Origin: Camelus dromedarius
Lineage: Eukaryota
DNA: 64,000 nt
Direction: 5' to 3'
Assembly: GCF_036321535.1 (NCBI RefSeq)
Contig: NC_087437.1
Span: forward strand, 19,656,001-19,720,000
The translations under genes and the position numbers were made by a program. Below, piece after piece: positions 12,796-25,162 of this stretch (its first letter is position 1; each line of letters begins with the position of its first letter). The notes under the pieces were generated by a model. It was not told the origin of the DNA and did no database searches. It was given only the letters and a program-made list of their open reading frames with translations.

Positions 12796-14406
12796 GGAGG
12801 ATTAATGAAACAAGATTGGCAAAATGTAAATATTGATCATCGTTGAAGTTGGGTGATGGGTACATGAGAGTTCATTATACTTTTCCCACTTCTTTTGTGT
12901 ATGTATGAAAATTGCCATAATAAAAACCTACAAAAAATGATCTAAGTCTGTTGGAGCTGACTGCAGAGGATTTACATGATGAATTATAAGGTGGGAAAAG
13001 CAAACTTCAGAGAAGTATAAGTAACATAATCCTAGTTTTATAAAATAAACAAAAGACTGAAATTTCATATATTTGTCTGCCTGCCCATCTTCTCTCTCTT
13101 TCTTTCCCTTCCCTCCCTCCTTCCCCTTCTCTCTTTCTTTCTTTTTTCTTTCGCTCTTTCTCTCATTAATCTATCTATAATTAAATGAACCAGGAAAAAG
13201 CTAGGATAGGATATTTAGATAAGTGGTTAATACATTGGTTATAGAAAATGTGTGTATTAGAGTAGGGGAGAGGTAAGCAAAACTCAAACAGTTCTATGAA
13301 AGCAGTATTCTGCCTTTAAAAGTGAATCTTTAAATCCATTTATGAAAATGTTACATATGGAAATGTACATACAGATAGAGTACATGCATACAGAGATACA
13401 TGAGTGGATGGTCACCCAAATCTAGTTATCTGAAGGTAGAGGTATTTTGGGTGATTTTTATTTTCCCCTTATACTTTTCTGTATTGTTTGAAAATGTTTT
13501 ACAATAAACATATATTCTAAAAAAAAAAATCATGAAAGATGCAGTAAAGTGATTTTAATTGTGGAAAACAAACAAAAAAAAATGTGAATGAGTAATATTA
13601 CTGTTCCTAGAGTCAGGGGCTTACCCTCTACCTCCTGTTTCTTTCCTCTCTCCTTCCTCCTCTACAGAGGTAGAACTGACATTCTAAACAGTATTGACAG
13701 TGAAGATGATTCCACATGGTTCAGAGGAAGGAAGCAGGGTATAGTACCCACAAACTTTAAATTCTGTTAGAAAATAGATACAAATTAAAGATACATATTA
13801 ATTTTGGGGGGGCTAAAATAATATAAACAGGTATTATAACCATCAAACCAACAAAGGAAAAAGAGGGGGATTAAGAGAAGCAAACTATAATCAAATCAGT
13901 GGGAAAAGAGAAGTTTGGAAAAGAGGAAAAAATTGACAGGAAAACCATGGTAAACAATTAAAAAAATTAGTAATCCAGATGTAAATATATTCAACTAACT
14001 TATTAAAATGCAGGGAATATCATGTTGACTAAAAGTCAAAACAAAGTTTTAAAATCCATTTATTTGCTGCTTATAAGTGTCACAAATAAAATGAATATGG
14101 AAAGCTCAAAAATAAAGGATAGAAATAGCCTATCATGCAAATGCTAGCCAAAAAAAAAAAAAAGTATTCTATTAGACAAAATTGAAAAGCGTTAAGATGC
14201 TACATTATAAATTCATCAAGATATAATAATTATGACCTTATACGCCTAATAACATGGCCTAAAAATAGGCAGGATTACAAGGAGAAGTGGACAATCCATG
14301 GTCCTAGTGGGAGGTATTAATACCAAGCTGTCACAAACTGATGGATTGAGAAAACAAAAATTAGTCAGAGGCTCTGGGCCCTTGAGCCCCATGCACAGAG
14401 GCACAA

Positions 14407-14699
14407 TGCTTTAGACTGAACGTTTGTGTCCCCTCCACATTGATATATTGAAACCTAATCCCCAAATTGGTCATGTGTGGAAGTGGGACCTTTGGGAGGT
14501 GATTAGGTCACGAGGGCAAAACCTTCATGAATGTGATTAATGCCCTTGCAAAAGATACCCTGGAGGTTCCTCTCTCCTCCCTTGCCTTGATCTTGGATCT
14601 TGGACTTCTTGGCCTTGAAAACAATGAGAAACAAATGTGTACTGTTTGAGCTCCCCCATCTATGGTACCTTTGTTGTAGTAGTCAAATAGATTAAGACA
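14407..14699 (+). mobile_element. MaLR LTR (MLT1A-like), internally shortened
   Basis: TG...GACTGAACGTTTGTGTCCCCTCCA...TTGAAACCTAATCCCC through to TAAGACA. Confidence 0.8.
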
Positions 14700-15676
14700 G
14701 AGATGGAACAGGGAGGGAGGAGAGAGGTTTTGGGGTCATGGAGCCTATTTCCATTCACCTCCAGGGACTCCTCAGGGAAGATCATATGCGCCTCAGATTT
14801 GAGCTTTGCCTTCAGCTCATCCTTGTGTTTATAAAAGAATCTGTCACCCCGCAGTCTAGGAAGGTCAGCCAGGTCTTTAAGGCCAAATCAAAGCCAATAC
14901 AGACATTAGAATACAAATTGAAACACATTGTTTGCTAACCAGATACATTTGTGCAAGTATATATCAGTTTTGGATCAGGAACAGATGAAGGAAGGTTTCA
15001 CTCTGAAAATGAAGGATTGAAAAAAAACAATATTAAAGTGAATGATGTTTACAATATGCTGTTAACATTCCTTATGAGTGAAACTCAAGTGCTCGTGCGA
15101 TTATTCACTCTACAAACAGCTTGCTCCCTTTGCAAATGGTTTGCCACCGGGCATATTTGAGTAATGAGCTCCTCAGTGCTTTCTGGGCAGGGCTCCTGTT
15201 CCCAAGGTGTATGTAGTCAGCAGCCGCCTTGGGGCTGGGAATACTTTCAGAGGAAGGGACTCCTCACTTGGTATACTTTGTTTCTTGCAGAAAGGAGCCT
15301 AGTTAGTCCCTGCAGCTGGGAATGGAACCAAAGCCCTGGGGTAAGTGTTACCACCAGGCTGCACACTCCGGGTGGCACTAAAGAGCCAGGGCCCACTGGC
15401 GCTCTGCAGTTCCTACCCCCTAGTTAGATGGTTGCAAGGTTATAAGCCCACTGTAGTGAAGAAACTGCATGGGGTTAGGGTTATGATGCCAGCCCTGGTG
15501 AGCAGAGTCAGGTCAAGAGGATAGGGGAGTTTAGAGTCTACTGTGGGCAAAACACTCCTGAAAAAGTCACAAGCTAGAGAGAGCTTCAGCAGAATGGACA
15601 TCCAGACACATTTTAATAAGATTTAAATTAAATGAATAATACAGGTCCACTGAAGAAAAATGAGAAGACATAGACA

Positions 15677-15679
<3 letters not shown>

Positions 15680-15719
<40 letters not shown>
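15680..15719 (+). repeat. Poly(A)40 tract
   Basis: 40 consecutive A. Confidence 0.95.
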
Positions 15720-15722
<3 letters not shown>

Positions 15723-17689
15723 CATAATTCTCCACCCAGAGACAGATAATTGCAATAAACATTCTGATATTTCCATTAAACTTTTTTTCAGTGACTATGT
15801 ATCTACGTATATGTGTGGTTTCTTAACAAAAGCAGAAGCATACATGTAATACTCACCTAACTGCAGAGTGTCTCTTAACATATATAATGCCATGTATATT
15901 GTACCTTATATAATATATATGATATCCCATTGCATGTAAGTACTATACTTTGGTTCATCCATCTCCTAATGCTGGATATTGAACTTGTCTCAGTTTTTTT
16001 GTATCACACTGGATGTACTTGTACACCCATCTTTGTGCACCTCTCTGTTTGCTTAGGATAAACCCCAGGAGGTACTGTGTCCAGATCAAAGGGACAGAAC
16101 ATTTGCCAAATCATCATATGGAGAGATTTACCAGTTGATTCTTTCTCTATCAAGTATGAGAACATTCAATTCCATTTCACCAACCCTGTGCCTCAACATT
16201 TGTTTCATCTTTCCAGTTTCCAGATAAGTGTCAAAGATACCTTGTATTTAAGTTTGCATTTGTTCAATAGCTGGCGAGACTTTGCCATTTCTGAGTCAAG
16301 GCTTCAAGTGACCTTGAATGTTTTGCATGCTCTCTTGTACATCTGGTATCAACAGGAGAACATATCCAGGCATGTGAGAGGCTCATGGAACAGAGTAAAA
16401 TAACTTTGGTTACCCTGGAATAGCATACAGCCAGGTGGTCTCCAGAAGCGTGAGCAAGCCCAGACAAGATAAACTCCCAACTATTCCAGACAGATGAACA
16501 ATGAATGCTTATTTCTGTGAACACTAGGGTTTTGTTACTGTTTGTTATGCAGCATTACTACAGCAAAAACCAATTGATACAACTGATGACTGCAAGAAAA
16601 CTGGGATGTGAGTATGGGATGGGTGCAGCTGTCAGAAGAAGGATGGCTGAACACATGCAGCAGAAGCAACAAATGACCATTACACTGAGATATTAAGGGC
16701 TTGTCTCTCTCATGTTTAGCTGTTGACATTTTAGATGCAGGACTTGCAGAGGGCAATTCTTAACTCAAAGGAGTGAATCCATAAGGATGGCATTTCAGGT
16801 GGTACTGGAGGGAGGACAGCCTGATCTCCTTTTAAGGGCCAGAGTGTGTTTTGTAGACAGACCAGAATTTTTCTAGGGCTCCTAAGAACACCATTTAGTG
16901 TGGGTGAGAATGAAAAGTGAATGTGCTTTTAGCAGAAGGGCAATGAATTGTTTGAGAAAAGAGTTTTCTCTCCTCCCACCAAGGATCTCTCCTTTTAATG
17001 GTCCTGTCAATAGTGTGTCCCTTAGGAAAGACATACAGTAAGTGGCATCTTTACGGAAGCTGATTGCCGAGCTCAGCCCTAAGAACTAGGTTCTGAGAGC
17101 TAGCTGGGATTAACAACAGAGATATAATTATAATCCAGAGGAAAATCTTTTATGCGACTTGTGTAAATGATGTTAGATTGCCACAGCAATTTACTCCCTT
17201 GTTTATTTCTCAATTACACACTATATTTCTTGGAGGAAATAGGATTAAATTGCAGCAAGAGAAATTAAGGCCTGTAATAAGGATGGATTTCTTATTGTGA
17301 TGGTCATTAGACTTGGGAAACGGATTTTGTAGGGCATTTGTGAAATTTCTCTCCCCTGAGGCTCATGAGAGCCGACTAAGGCATTGGCTGATTTGGGGGT
17401 GGGAGAACTGGTGGGTCAGTTTGGTTTTCATCTTTTCTGGAAGCAGAAAGATCAGAGAGGTTAAAATCCTAAAATCTTAGTGCCTTCTGGTTCCTCTTCT
17501 TGCCCCTACTTTGTTCAGCCCCAGCAGGAATTTCCTCTCTCTGACCCACTCCCCTGCTTCCTAGCAAAGGGCCACCTGGACCTTTGTGTCTGTTCCTATT
17601 TTCACCACACTCCCTTCCCCAGGCTTTGTTTATGAGTCATGAGTGGTGCCCCAATGGAAAGAACATAGGTCTGGGCGCAGACATCCAAA

Positions 17690-18370
17690 CAGTCATCCAC
17701 ATGCATTGAATGAAAGCTTGCCACGGGCCAGGGATTGCACAGGCACATGATTCAGAGCAGTATCTTCCCTCATCCTAACGTGGAAGATAAAAATAAACCA
17801 ACCAACAAAAATGTAGATAATGTGCTGTCAGGTAGGGATAAGTGGTAGAAGCAAAGCATTAAAAATGATGAGTAGAAGATGGTGCATTAGAGATAAGGTG
17901 GTCAGGGAAGGTTTTCTTGGCAGTAACATCTGATCAGAGACCTGAGTGAAGTGATGAATAAGAGAACTGGGGGAAAGGTGGGTGCCAAGTCCTGAGGCTA
18001 GAATGCCCTGGCAGTGCTTAAGGAACAGCAAGAAGGTCAGCGTGGCTGAGCTGAAAGAGCCAGATGCAGAGTGATCATAGGTGGGACTGGAAAGCTTGGC
18101 GGGGCCAGGCCATCTGGGAGCTCGTCGGACATGTAGGCATTTTGGATTTCATTCTGAATGATGTGAGACTGGGACAGCTTTGCAGGGTTCTGAGCTGGGA
18201 AGTGACATGATCTGAGTTACATTTCTACAGGGATGCTCTGGATGCTGTGTGGAGTAGACCATAGGGGCATGGGTGGGAGCAGGGAGGCCAGAGAGGAGGC
18301 TAGGGTAGCAGTACTGGTGAGTGCCATGTCAGCTTGAGTCAGGGCAGTAACAGTCAAGTGATGACTCCTT
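17690..18370 (-). mobile_element. L2 3' region
   Basis: GGTGGTCAGGGAAGG...AGAGACCTGAGTGAAGTGA...GGAACAGCAAGAAGGTCAG...GGAAGTGACATGATCTGA. Confidence 0.8.
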
Positions 18371-18699
18371 TTGACACTGAGTCTGAATTCTGGTACTGCT
18401 CCTTACAAACTGAGACCTTGGGCTAATTGTGTAGCCTCTCCGAACTTGAATTTCTTCTTTAAAAAATCAAGGATGAGACACGTCCCTTGTAATTGTTTGG
18501 TTCACTCTGGGCTCTCAGTAACCTATTGACTTCATAGCCCCTACTCTCCCTTCCAGATAATTGTCCTCCTTCCTCTGGGAAGGATGTCCTGCAACTAGTT
18601 TCAAACTGCAAGTATAGAGGCTTGAGTTAATCCTCTTGAACAGTGTGTGGCCTATAATCATCACGGTCCATGGGAGGTCCCTCTGTTGTTTTATTTACT

Positions 18700-21600
18700 T
18701 CATTCTCCATTCTCCTTTCCTTTCACCCTCAGCCAATCATTCATTCTAAAGTGTTTAATGCAATGCCTTCTGCAAACAGCATATTGTCATTTTATGTGCA
18801 TGTATTTTAAATGTACCTAAATGGTGTTGTATCATATATTTTGTTCTCATTCTTATTTTACTAAGCTCTGTCTTTTCCAGATCCGTCCTTCTTGCAATAT
18901 ACATATTCGATCCATCGCTACTAACTGCCGTCTGGCACATATGCCGTGATGTGAATCCTTTACGATATACCCAGCCACTTTTTCAAGCTCCTGCTACAAC
19001 TTGACATTCTTTTACTTGTGCCCCTTGGACTGTGTGAGAATTTCTTGAGATATATACCCAAGGAGCAGGGTGTTTGGGTCATAGGTATTTCTATGCCTAA
19101 TTTAACTGAGTACTCACGGGCCTTTTCCAGAATGGCTGCACCCCTCCCACCGGTAGTGCATAGAAAGTTCTGTACCCCACATCCCTTCCAGCACTTAACA
19201 TTATACAGCTTTCCAATTTTATCAGTCTGATAAGCATAAAGAGATGGTTCTTTGTCAATTAGCATTTCCCCAATTAATCATGCATTTAAGCATTTTGAGT
19301 TTCCTTTTCTATAAATTGCTAAATGTTCTCTTTGAACATTTTTAATGGGGGGTTTCTATCTATATTCCTTTTGATTTACAAGAGTTTCTTGCATACTCTA
19401 AATAATGAATTCCTTGCTGATATTAAATGCCACAAATATGTTTTTTTCATTGTGTCATCTACTAACTTTCCTAAATGTCTTTCATTGAATGTAAAAATAC
19501 TTAATTTTGATATGGTCAAATCCATCTAATTTTTGCTGTGTGGTTTGTGCTTTTGAAGTATTGCTTAGGAATTGCTTTCATACCTCTATGTTGCAACGAT
19601 ATCTTAGATATTGAGATATTTTATCCATTTGGAATAAAGTTATATTTAAGTAGGAATTGAGCTTTTTCTTGTGTTTCAGTTTTTTCAACTCTGTTATTAA
19701 ACCAATATTTTCTTTATTGTATAGTGTTATTTTGTTACAAGAGGTATGATAATGGTCTGTCCTGGCTCTCTGGTCTATTGGTCCATAAACTGTTTGTAAA
19801 ACAATACCAGACTGCTTTTACTACTATGCTTTATAGACTATTTTATTGTCTGATAAAGCAGGTTTCTCCTCGTTCCCGTTTTTTATTAAGATTGTCCTAT
19901 TTAATAACAGATTTTTATTTCTTCCATAGAATTATTGTGGTATAACTTGTATGCATCAACATTTATATATAACTTTCAAAATCCATTTAAATAAATACTT
20001 AGGAGTCCCATGTGTGTTACGTGTAAAATTATATCTCAGTAATTCATATGAAAGCACAAAATTCCAGAATTAGCTAAGAAAATCTTATTAGATAGATTAT
20101 TTTTACCATCCCAGAAATTTTCCTTGTACCCTTCTGTTAGTCTTAACCTCATGATTAATTTCTGTTCACTATTACCATTGATTAGTTTTATATGACTTAG
20201 ATATAAATGGAATTAGACAGTCCATATTCTTTTGTAGCTAGTTTTTATACTCATTACTGTCATTGTATATATTAGCATTTTATTCCTTTTTTTAATTGCC
20301 GAGTAGATTTGTTTTCCATTTGGCTTTTGGTAGACATTTGGATTGTTACCAATATGTATATATTACGTAATAGGTCATTATAACCATTATTGTTGAAGTC
20401 TTTTTTGTAGACATAGGTTTTCACTTCTCTTTGGTAGATATCTAGGAGAAGAATTGCTGAGTCTTCATGTAGGCTTATATCTAGCTTTTCAAGCATTGCT
20501 AAACTATCCTTCAGAATAATTGTAGCATTTTACATTCCACCAGCAATGTCTGAGAGTTCTAGTTGCTCCGCATCCTCACTGACATTTGGTATTATCAATT
20601 TTAGATAGAAGTTATTCCAGTGGGAATGAAATGTATCGCACTGTAATTTTAATTTCCATTTCCCTGATGACTAATGATGTTGACCATCTTTATGTGTGCT
20701 TATTGGCTAATCTCTTGTGAAGTGAGCCTTCATGTCCTTTGCCCATTTTTTCCTTGAATTATTTATTTTTTTTATTGTTGACTTGTAATAGTTCTTGACA
20801 CATCCTCTCCGCTTCAATCTGTTGGACATGTCTTTTGTCAAATAAATATATTATGAATCTTTTTCCAGTTTTTGGCTTGCCTTTTCATTTTCTTAATGGT
20901 TACTTTTAGTGAGTAAAAAAATTTTAATTTTATGGATGCCTAATTTATCTTCTTTTTCTCTTATGGTTAGTTCCTTTTGAGTTCTGATTGAAAAAATCTT
21001 TTCCCACTCATGGTCACAAAAATATTATCCTATGTTTTATTTTATTCAGGGAAATTTATGTTTCTAGTTTTTACATTTAGGTCTAAAATCTCAAATTATT
21101 TTTTGTGTATATAGATTGTGATAGATATCAAGAATCAATTTTTCCCCCTCATAGAAGCATCAAGTTGTTACAACATATCCTGTTAAAAAGATTTTAAAAA
21201 TCAATACACACTGTGGGTGTATTTTTGGGTTTTCTATTCTGACCCAATGATCTACTTGTTTTATGCCAATAACCGACTGTCGTGATTACTGTAGCTGTAT
21301 AGTAAGTTTTAAAATCAGATAGTGTAAGTTCTCCAATTTTGTTCTTTTTTTGAAAATTGTTTTGGCTACTCTAAATCCTTTACACTGCTATGTACATTTT
21401 TAGAATCACCTTTTCAATTTAAAAAATTCTTTTGAGATTTTGATTGGGATTGTACTAAATCTGTAGGTCAATTTAGAGAGAATGAACTATTTATCAATCT
21501 TGAATATTCAAATCCACGTATTTGGTATATCTTTTTATTCATTTGTGTTGTCTTTAAATTGTCCCAGAAATGTTGTATAACTTTCAATACAGAGGTCTCG

Positions 21601-23690
21601 CCTGTCTTTTGTTAGATTCATCCTAGGTGTTTGGTTTACTTGATGCTATTATAGATGTTTTTTAAAATTTCATTTTCCAATTGTTCATAACTAATATATT
21701 AAAATACAGTTAATTTTTGAACATTGTTCTCATATCTTGTAACCTTGCTAAAGTCACTTATTAAATTTCAGAAATTCCACAGTTTTTTTCTATACAAAAT
21801 TCTGTCCCTTTACAATAAGGACACTTTTCTTTTTTCCTTTCTGATTTTTATGCCTTTTTCCCCCTGACTTACTGAACTAGGTAGGACTTTTAGTACAATG
21901 TTCTACAGAATTGGTGAGAGAAGAAATCTTTGAGACATTCCCAATCTTAGGAAATAGTGTTCAGTGTTTCACTATCAAATGTGATTGTTAACTGTGTATT
22001 TTTCACAGATGCCTTATATTAGATCAAAAAAATTCTGTTCTATGGTGGGCAGAATAATGATCCCCTAAAGATGTCCACATCCTAATTCCAGAAACATACA
22101 AGTATGTTCAAATACACGGCAAAGGGGAATTAATGTTGCTGATGGAATTGAAGTTGCCAGTCACCTGACCTTAAGATAGCAGATTATTCTGGATCATCTG
22201 GATGGGCCTAATGTAATTGCAAGGCACCTTTAGAAAAGAAGAAGGAGGCAAAAGAAGAGTGTCACATGGGGACTGACTGCAGAAAATGATCAGGGAGATC
22301 TAACATTTCTGGCCTTGAGCCAAAGAATGTGGGTGCCCTCTAAAAGCTGGAAAAATGTGAGTAAACAAATTCTTCTTCAGAACCTCCAGAAAGGAATGCA
22401 GCCCTGCCAACACCTGGATTTTAGTCCAGGGAGACCTCATTTTGCACTTCTGACCTCCAAAACTGTAAGGTAATAAACTTGTGTTGTTTTTAAGGAGTTC
22501 CGTTTGGGGTCATTTGTTACAGCAGCAATAGGAGGATTAATATATCTTCAGTACCTAGTTTGTTGAGAGGTTTTTTTTTTTTTTTTTTTTGGTTTGGTTT
22601 GGTTTTTAAATAAATGAATCTGACTGTTTCCTCTCTTGACCATGCATCACATTGATTGCTCTAATGTCTCATAATCTTAACAATTGCATGGCAGATGTGA
22701 TATGAGGAAGAATAGCAGAGACTGAGGTGAGTCGGTCTATCCTCCAGGAGGAGGCGTGGTCCTTCTGTCAGGCTGCTCACAGGGGGCTGAGTCAATCCAA
22801 CCTCTAGACGAGCTGAGTCTGTGGCTTTCTTGCACCTTTAATTTTATTCAATTTCTCCACTGGCTTTAAATATTTTGAGAGTGGCATCAAGACTTTCCTT
22901 TCAGGAGGGATGGGAATCCAGGCTCTGGATAACTTCCTATACTTTACTGTTCAACTGCCAGTTTTCTGAGCCACGGGAGCTCTCTCTGCTGTGGGGCGTT
23001 CAGGTTGGCTTCCATTCCCATGCTGTCTCTGTGCCTTAGAAGACCTCACTCAGCCCTGCTGTCCTGCTCCAGTTTGTGGAGGGCCACTGCCGTGGGCCTG
23101 GTGAGGCTCAGGGTGCCCCACAAGGTTTTCAGGCCTCCCGCTCCATCCCCAGCAGACAGCAGCCATTGCTTGCCAAGGACCAGATGCCTCACAGGGAATT
23201 CTGTCAGGTCTCCTTTTTCCATGTAAAGTATACAGTACATTTATAAAGTTCCTTTAAAACACCATTTGGAAAACTGGTTACAATTGCCTTGAATTTATGG
23301 ACCAATTTAGGGAGAATTGATACTCTTATAATATTAAGTTGTCCCATTCATGACCTTGGAATGGATCTCCATTTATTTAGATCATATATATGTATATTTT
23401 TATTTATTAGAATTTAAAATTTTACTCCCTCTAGGTCTTTTTTTATTCTTATCTTTTATAGACTTTTCTGCCATTGTGAACTATGTCTTATTAAAAAATG
23501 TATTTGCTAATTGGTTATTACTGATATAAAGAAATGATACTGATTTTTCAGGCCTGCTGCCCTTTAATCCAGCAGTTTTGCCAAGCTCTCTTATACTGTT
23601 CGATTTTGCTGGTGTTTCTAGTTAGATGTTTATAATATTTCCAGACAATGAGCATTTTCATCCTTGTTCCAAAGTCTTTTTTCCCCTTTC
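18700..23690 (-). mobile_element. Nested cluster of antisense L1 fragments: an older L1, a second L1 from about 20080, and an MLT1 insertion
   Basis: T-rich antisense ORF2 and 3'UTR motifs (CATTCCACCAGCAATGTCTGAGAGTTC, TTTGATTGGGATTGTACTAAATCTGTAGGTCAATTT, repeated in older form near 23290). Confidence 0.85.
22041..22545 (+). mobile_element. MaLR LTR (MLT1D-like) inserted in L1
   Basis: TGGTGGGCAGAATAATGATCCCCTAAAGATGTCCACATCCTAAT...AATAAA...TTTGTTACAGCAGCAATAGGA. Confidence 0.85.
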
Positions 23691-23699
23691 TCTTTTCTA

Positions 23700-24500
23700 T
23701 CGGCCAGGACCTTCGTGCTCTGTTGCTCAGGAACACACAATCATTTTGATCACACCTGACACCTCCCTGTCCCAGCTTCAAGCCTTCCCGGCCACAGATG
23801 AATTGAACCAGAAATTAACATCTGACCCAAGCTGAGCCAATCAGATCCTCTCCCCCAGGAATTTGGAAATTGGGATTCAGAGTTAGTGGTCAGTCTCTGT
23901 GAGGAGGTGAATCAGAAAATGGTGTAAAAACCTTGCCTGGAGGCAGCCACGTCTGGTCATTTGCACACACAGAGAGATGGAAACAAGCAAGTCAAAGGAA
24001 GCAACTTAAGAGACAGTGCAGTCTGAGAGAGACAGACCAACAAAGACAGATGGATGGACAGAGACAGAAGCCCACAGATAACTTGTAAAGACACAAAGAG
24101 AGAAAAGGAGAGAAATAATCATGGAAGTGACAGACACAGGGAGAGGCACACAGCCACACGAAGAGCTGCACATTGAGAGTGATGGGGAGACAGACACACA
24201 GAGGCAAACAGGCAGATGTGGAGAAAAACACAGAGACATGCATAGCAGGCATAGAGAAAGAGGGACAGAAAGGTAGACAGGAGTCCCAGACTCAGCGAGG
24301 CCGTAGGAGTCCACAAAGGTACAGAGGCAGAAAAACAGTGGGTTCCTGGCATCTGTCCGCATCTGCAAGGCTTGGTGGTTGCAGCTCCCTGGGAGGCCTG
24401 CCTGTAATTTGTGCCCTCAGGTTTGGGGAGATTCCTCTGAATCCTTGTAACAAATCCTACTTTATTTAAATTTACTTGAGGGGCTCCTCCCTGCTGTTAA
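23700..24500 (+). mobile_element. Old ERVL-type LTR (LTR16-like) with an internal GA/CA-rich low-complexity expansion (about 23990-24330)
   Basis: CTGACCCAAGCTGAGCCAATCAGATCCTCTCCCCCAGGAATTTGGAA motif and GAGACAGACACAC-type simple sequence. Confidence 0.6.
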
Positions 24501-24627
24501 ATAAATGCATGATTCAGCCCAGAGCTCTCCTCTGCACTCTGGTTTTGCCCAAACCTGACTGTACCTAGAAAGCTCAAAGACATGTCAAGCCTTACCCTTT
24601 CAAACTGGAATTCTTAATCATTCCTTC

Positions 24628-25162
24628 TGTTACCCCAAAAGGTAAAGATTTCAGTTCTTGTCATGTTCGAAAGATAAGTTTACAATTAGGAGATGGTGCA
24701 TTGTGTAGAGAAAGATTTTTAAAAATTTATTTAAAAAAAGAAAAGTCCACCTCCAAGAATGGGAGGCAGGCTGACGCAAGGGAGGAGAAGCGGCAGGTTT
24801 TGTCTCCCCTTTCTCTCATACCCTTGCTTAGAGGTGCTCTCTTGATTGATTGATGGCTCTTGTCCCTGGAAATCTTAGACACGTTTGGCCCCTTTGCACA
24901 TGTCCTTACCTATGGTTTATGCAGAAGAACCCATGGGAGGGGGGCCAAACCGTATTACGATGAACATTGGGTCATGTCTGGCTAAGTTCTTTCTGCTACC
25001 GTGGAGTCATGGTTGTTGGGTTCTAAGCGGTTTCTTGCAGGTACTCATTTAGAAGAAGTAAAGTCCCTTTATGCTGGAGGCAGGCACATCGCCATCTTCT
25101 GGACCATCCTCCCTCTCCTCCACCTGTCTGCCCGGTGCCCCCACTTATCTAACTACCTAACA
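24628..25162 (-). mobile_element. ERV1-type solo LTR inserted in an L2 remnant
   Basis: TG...CA termini (TGTTACC...CCTAACA), 4-bp near-TSD CTTC/CCTC, and TTTATT near 24727 (AATAAA on the minus strand). L2-like sequence on both sides. Confidence 0.7.

Noticed and set aside
23992..24469. Cys/Leu/Ser/Val-rich ORFs
   Set aside because: They are translations of GA/CA low-complexity sequence.
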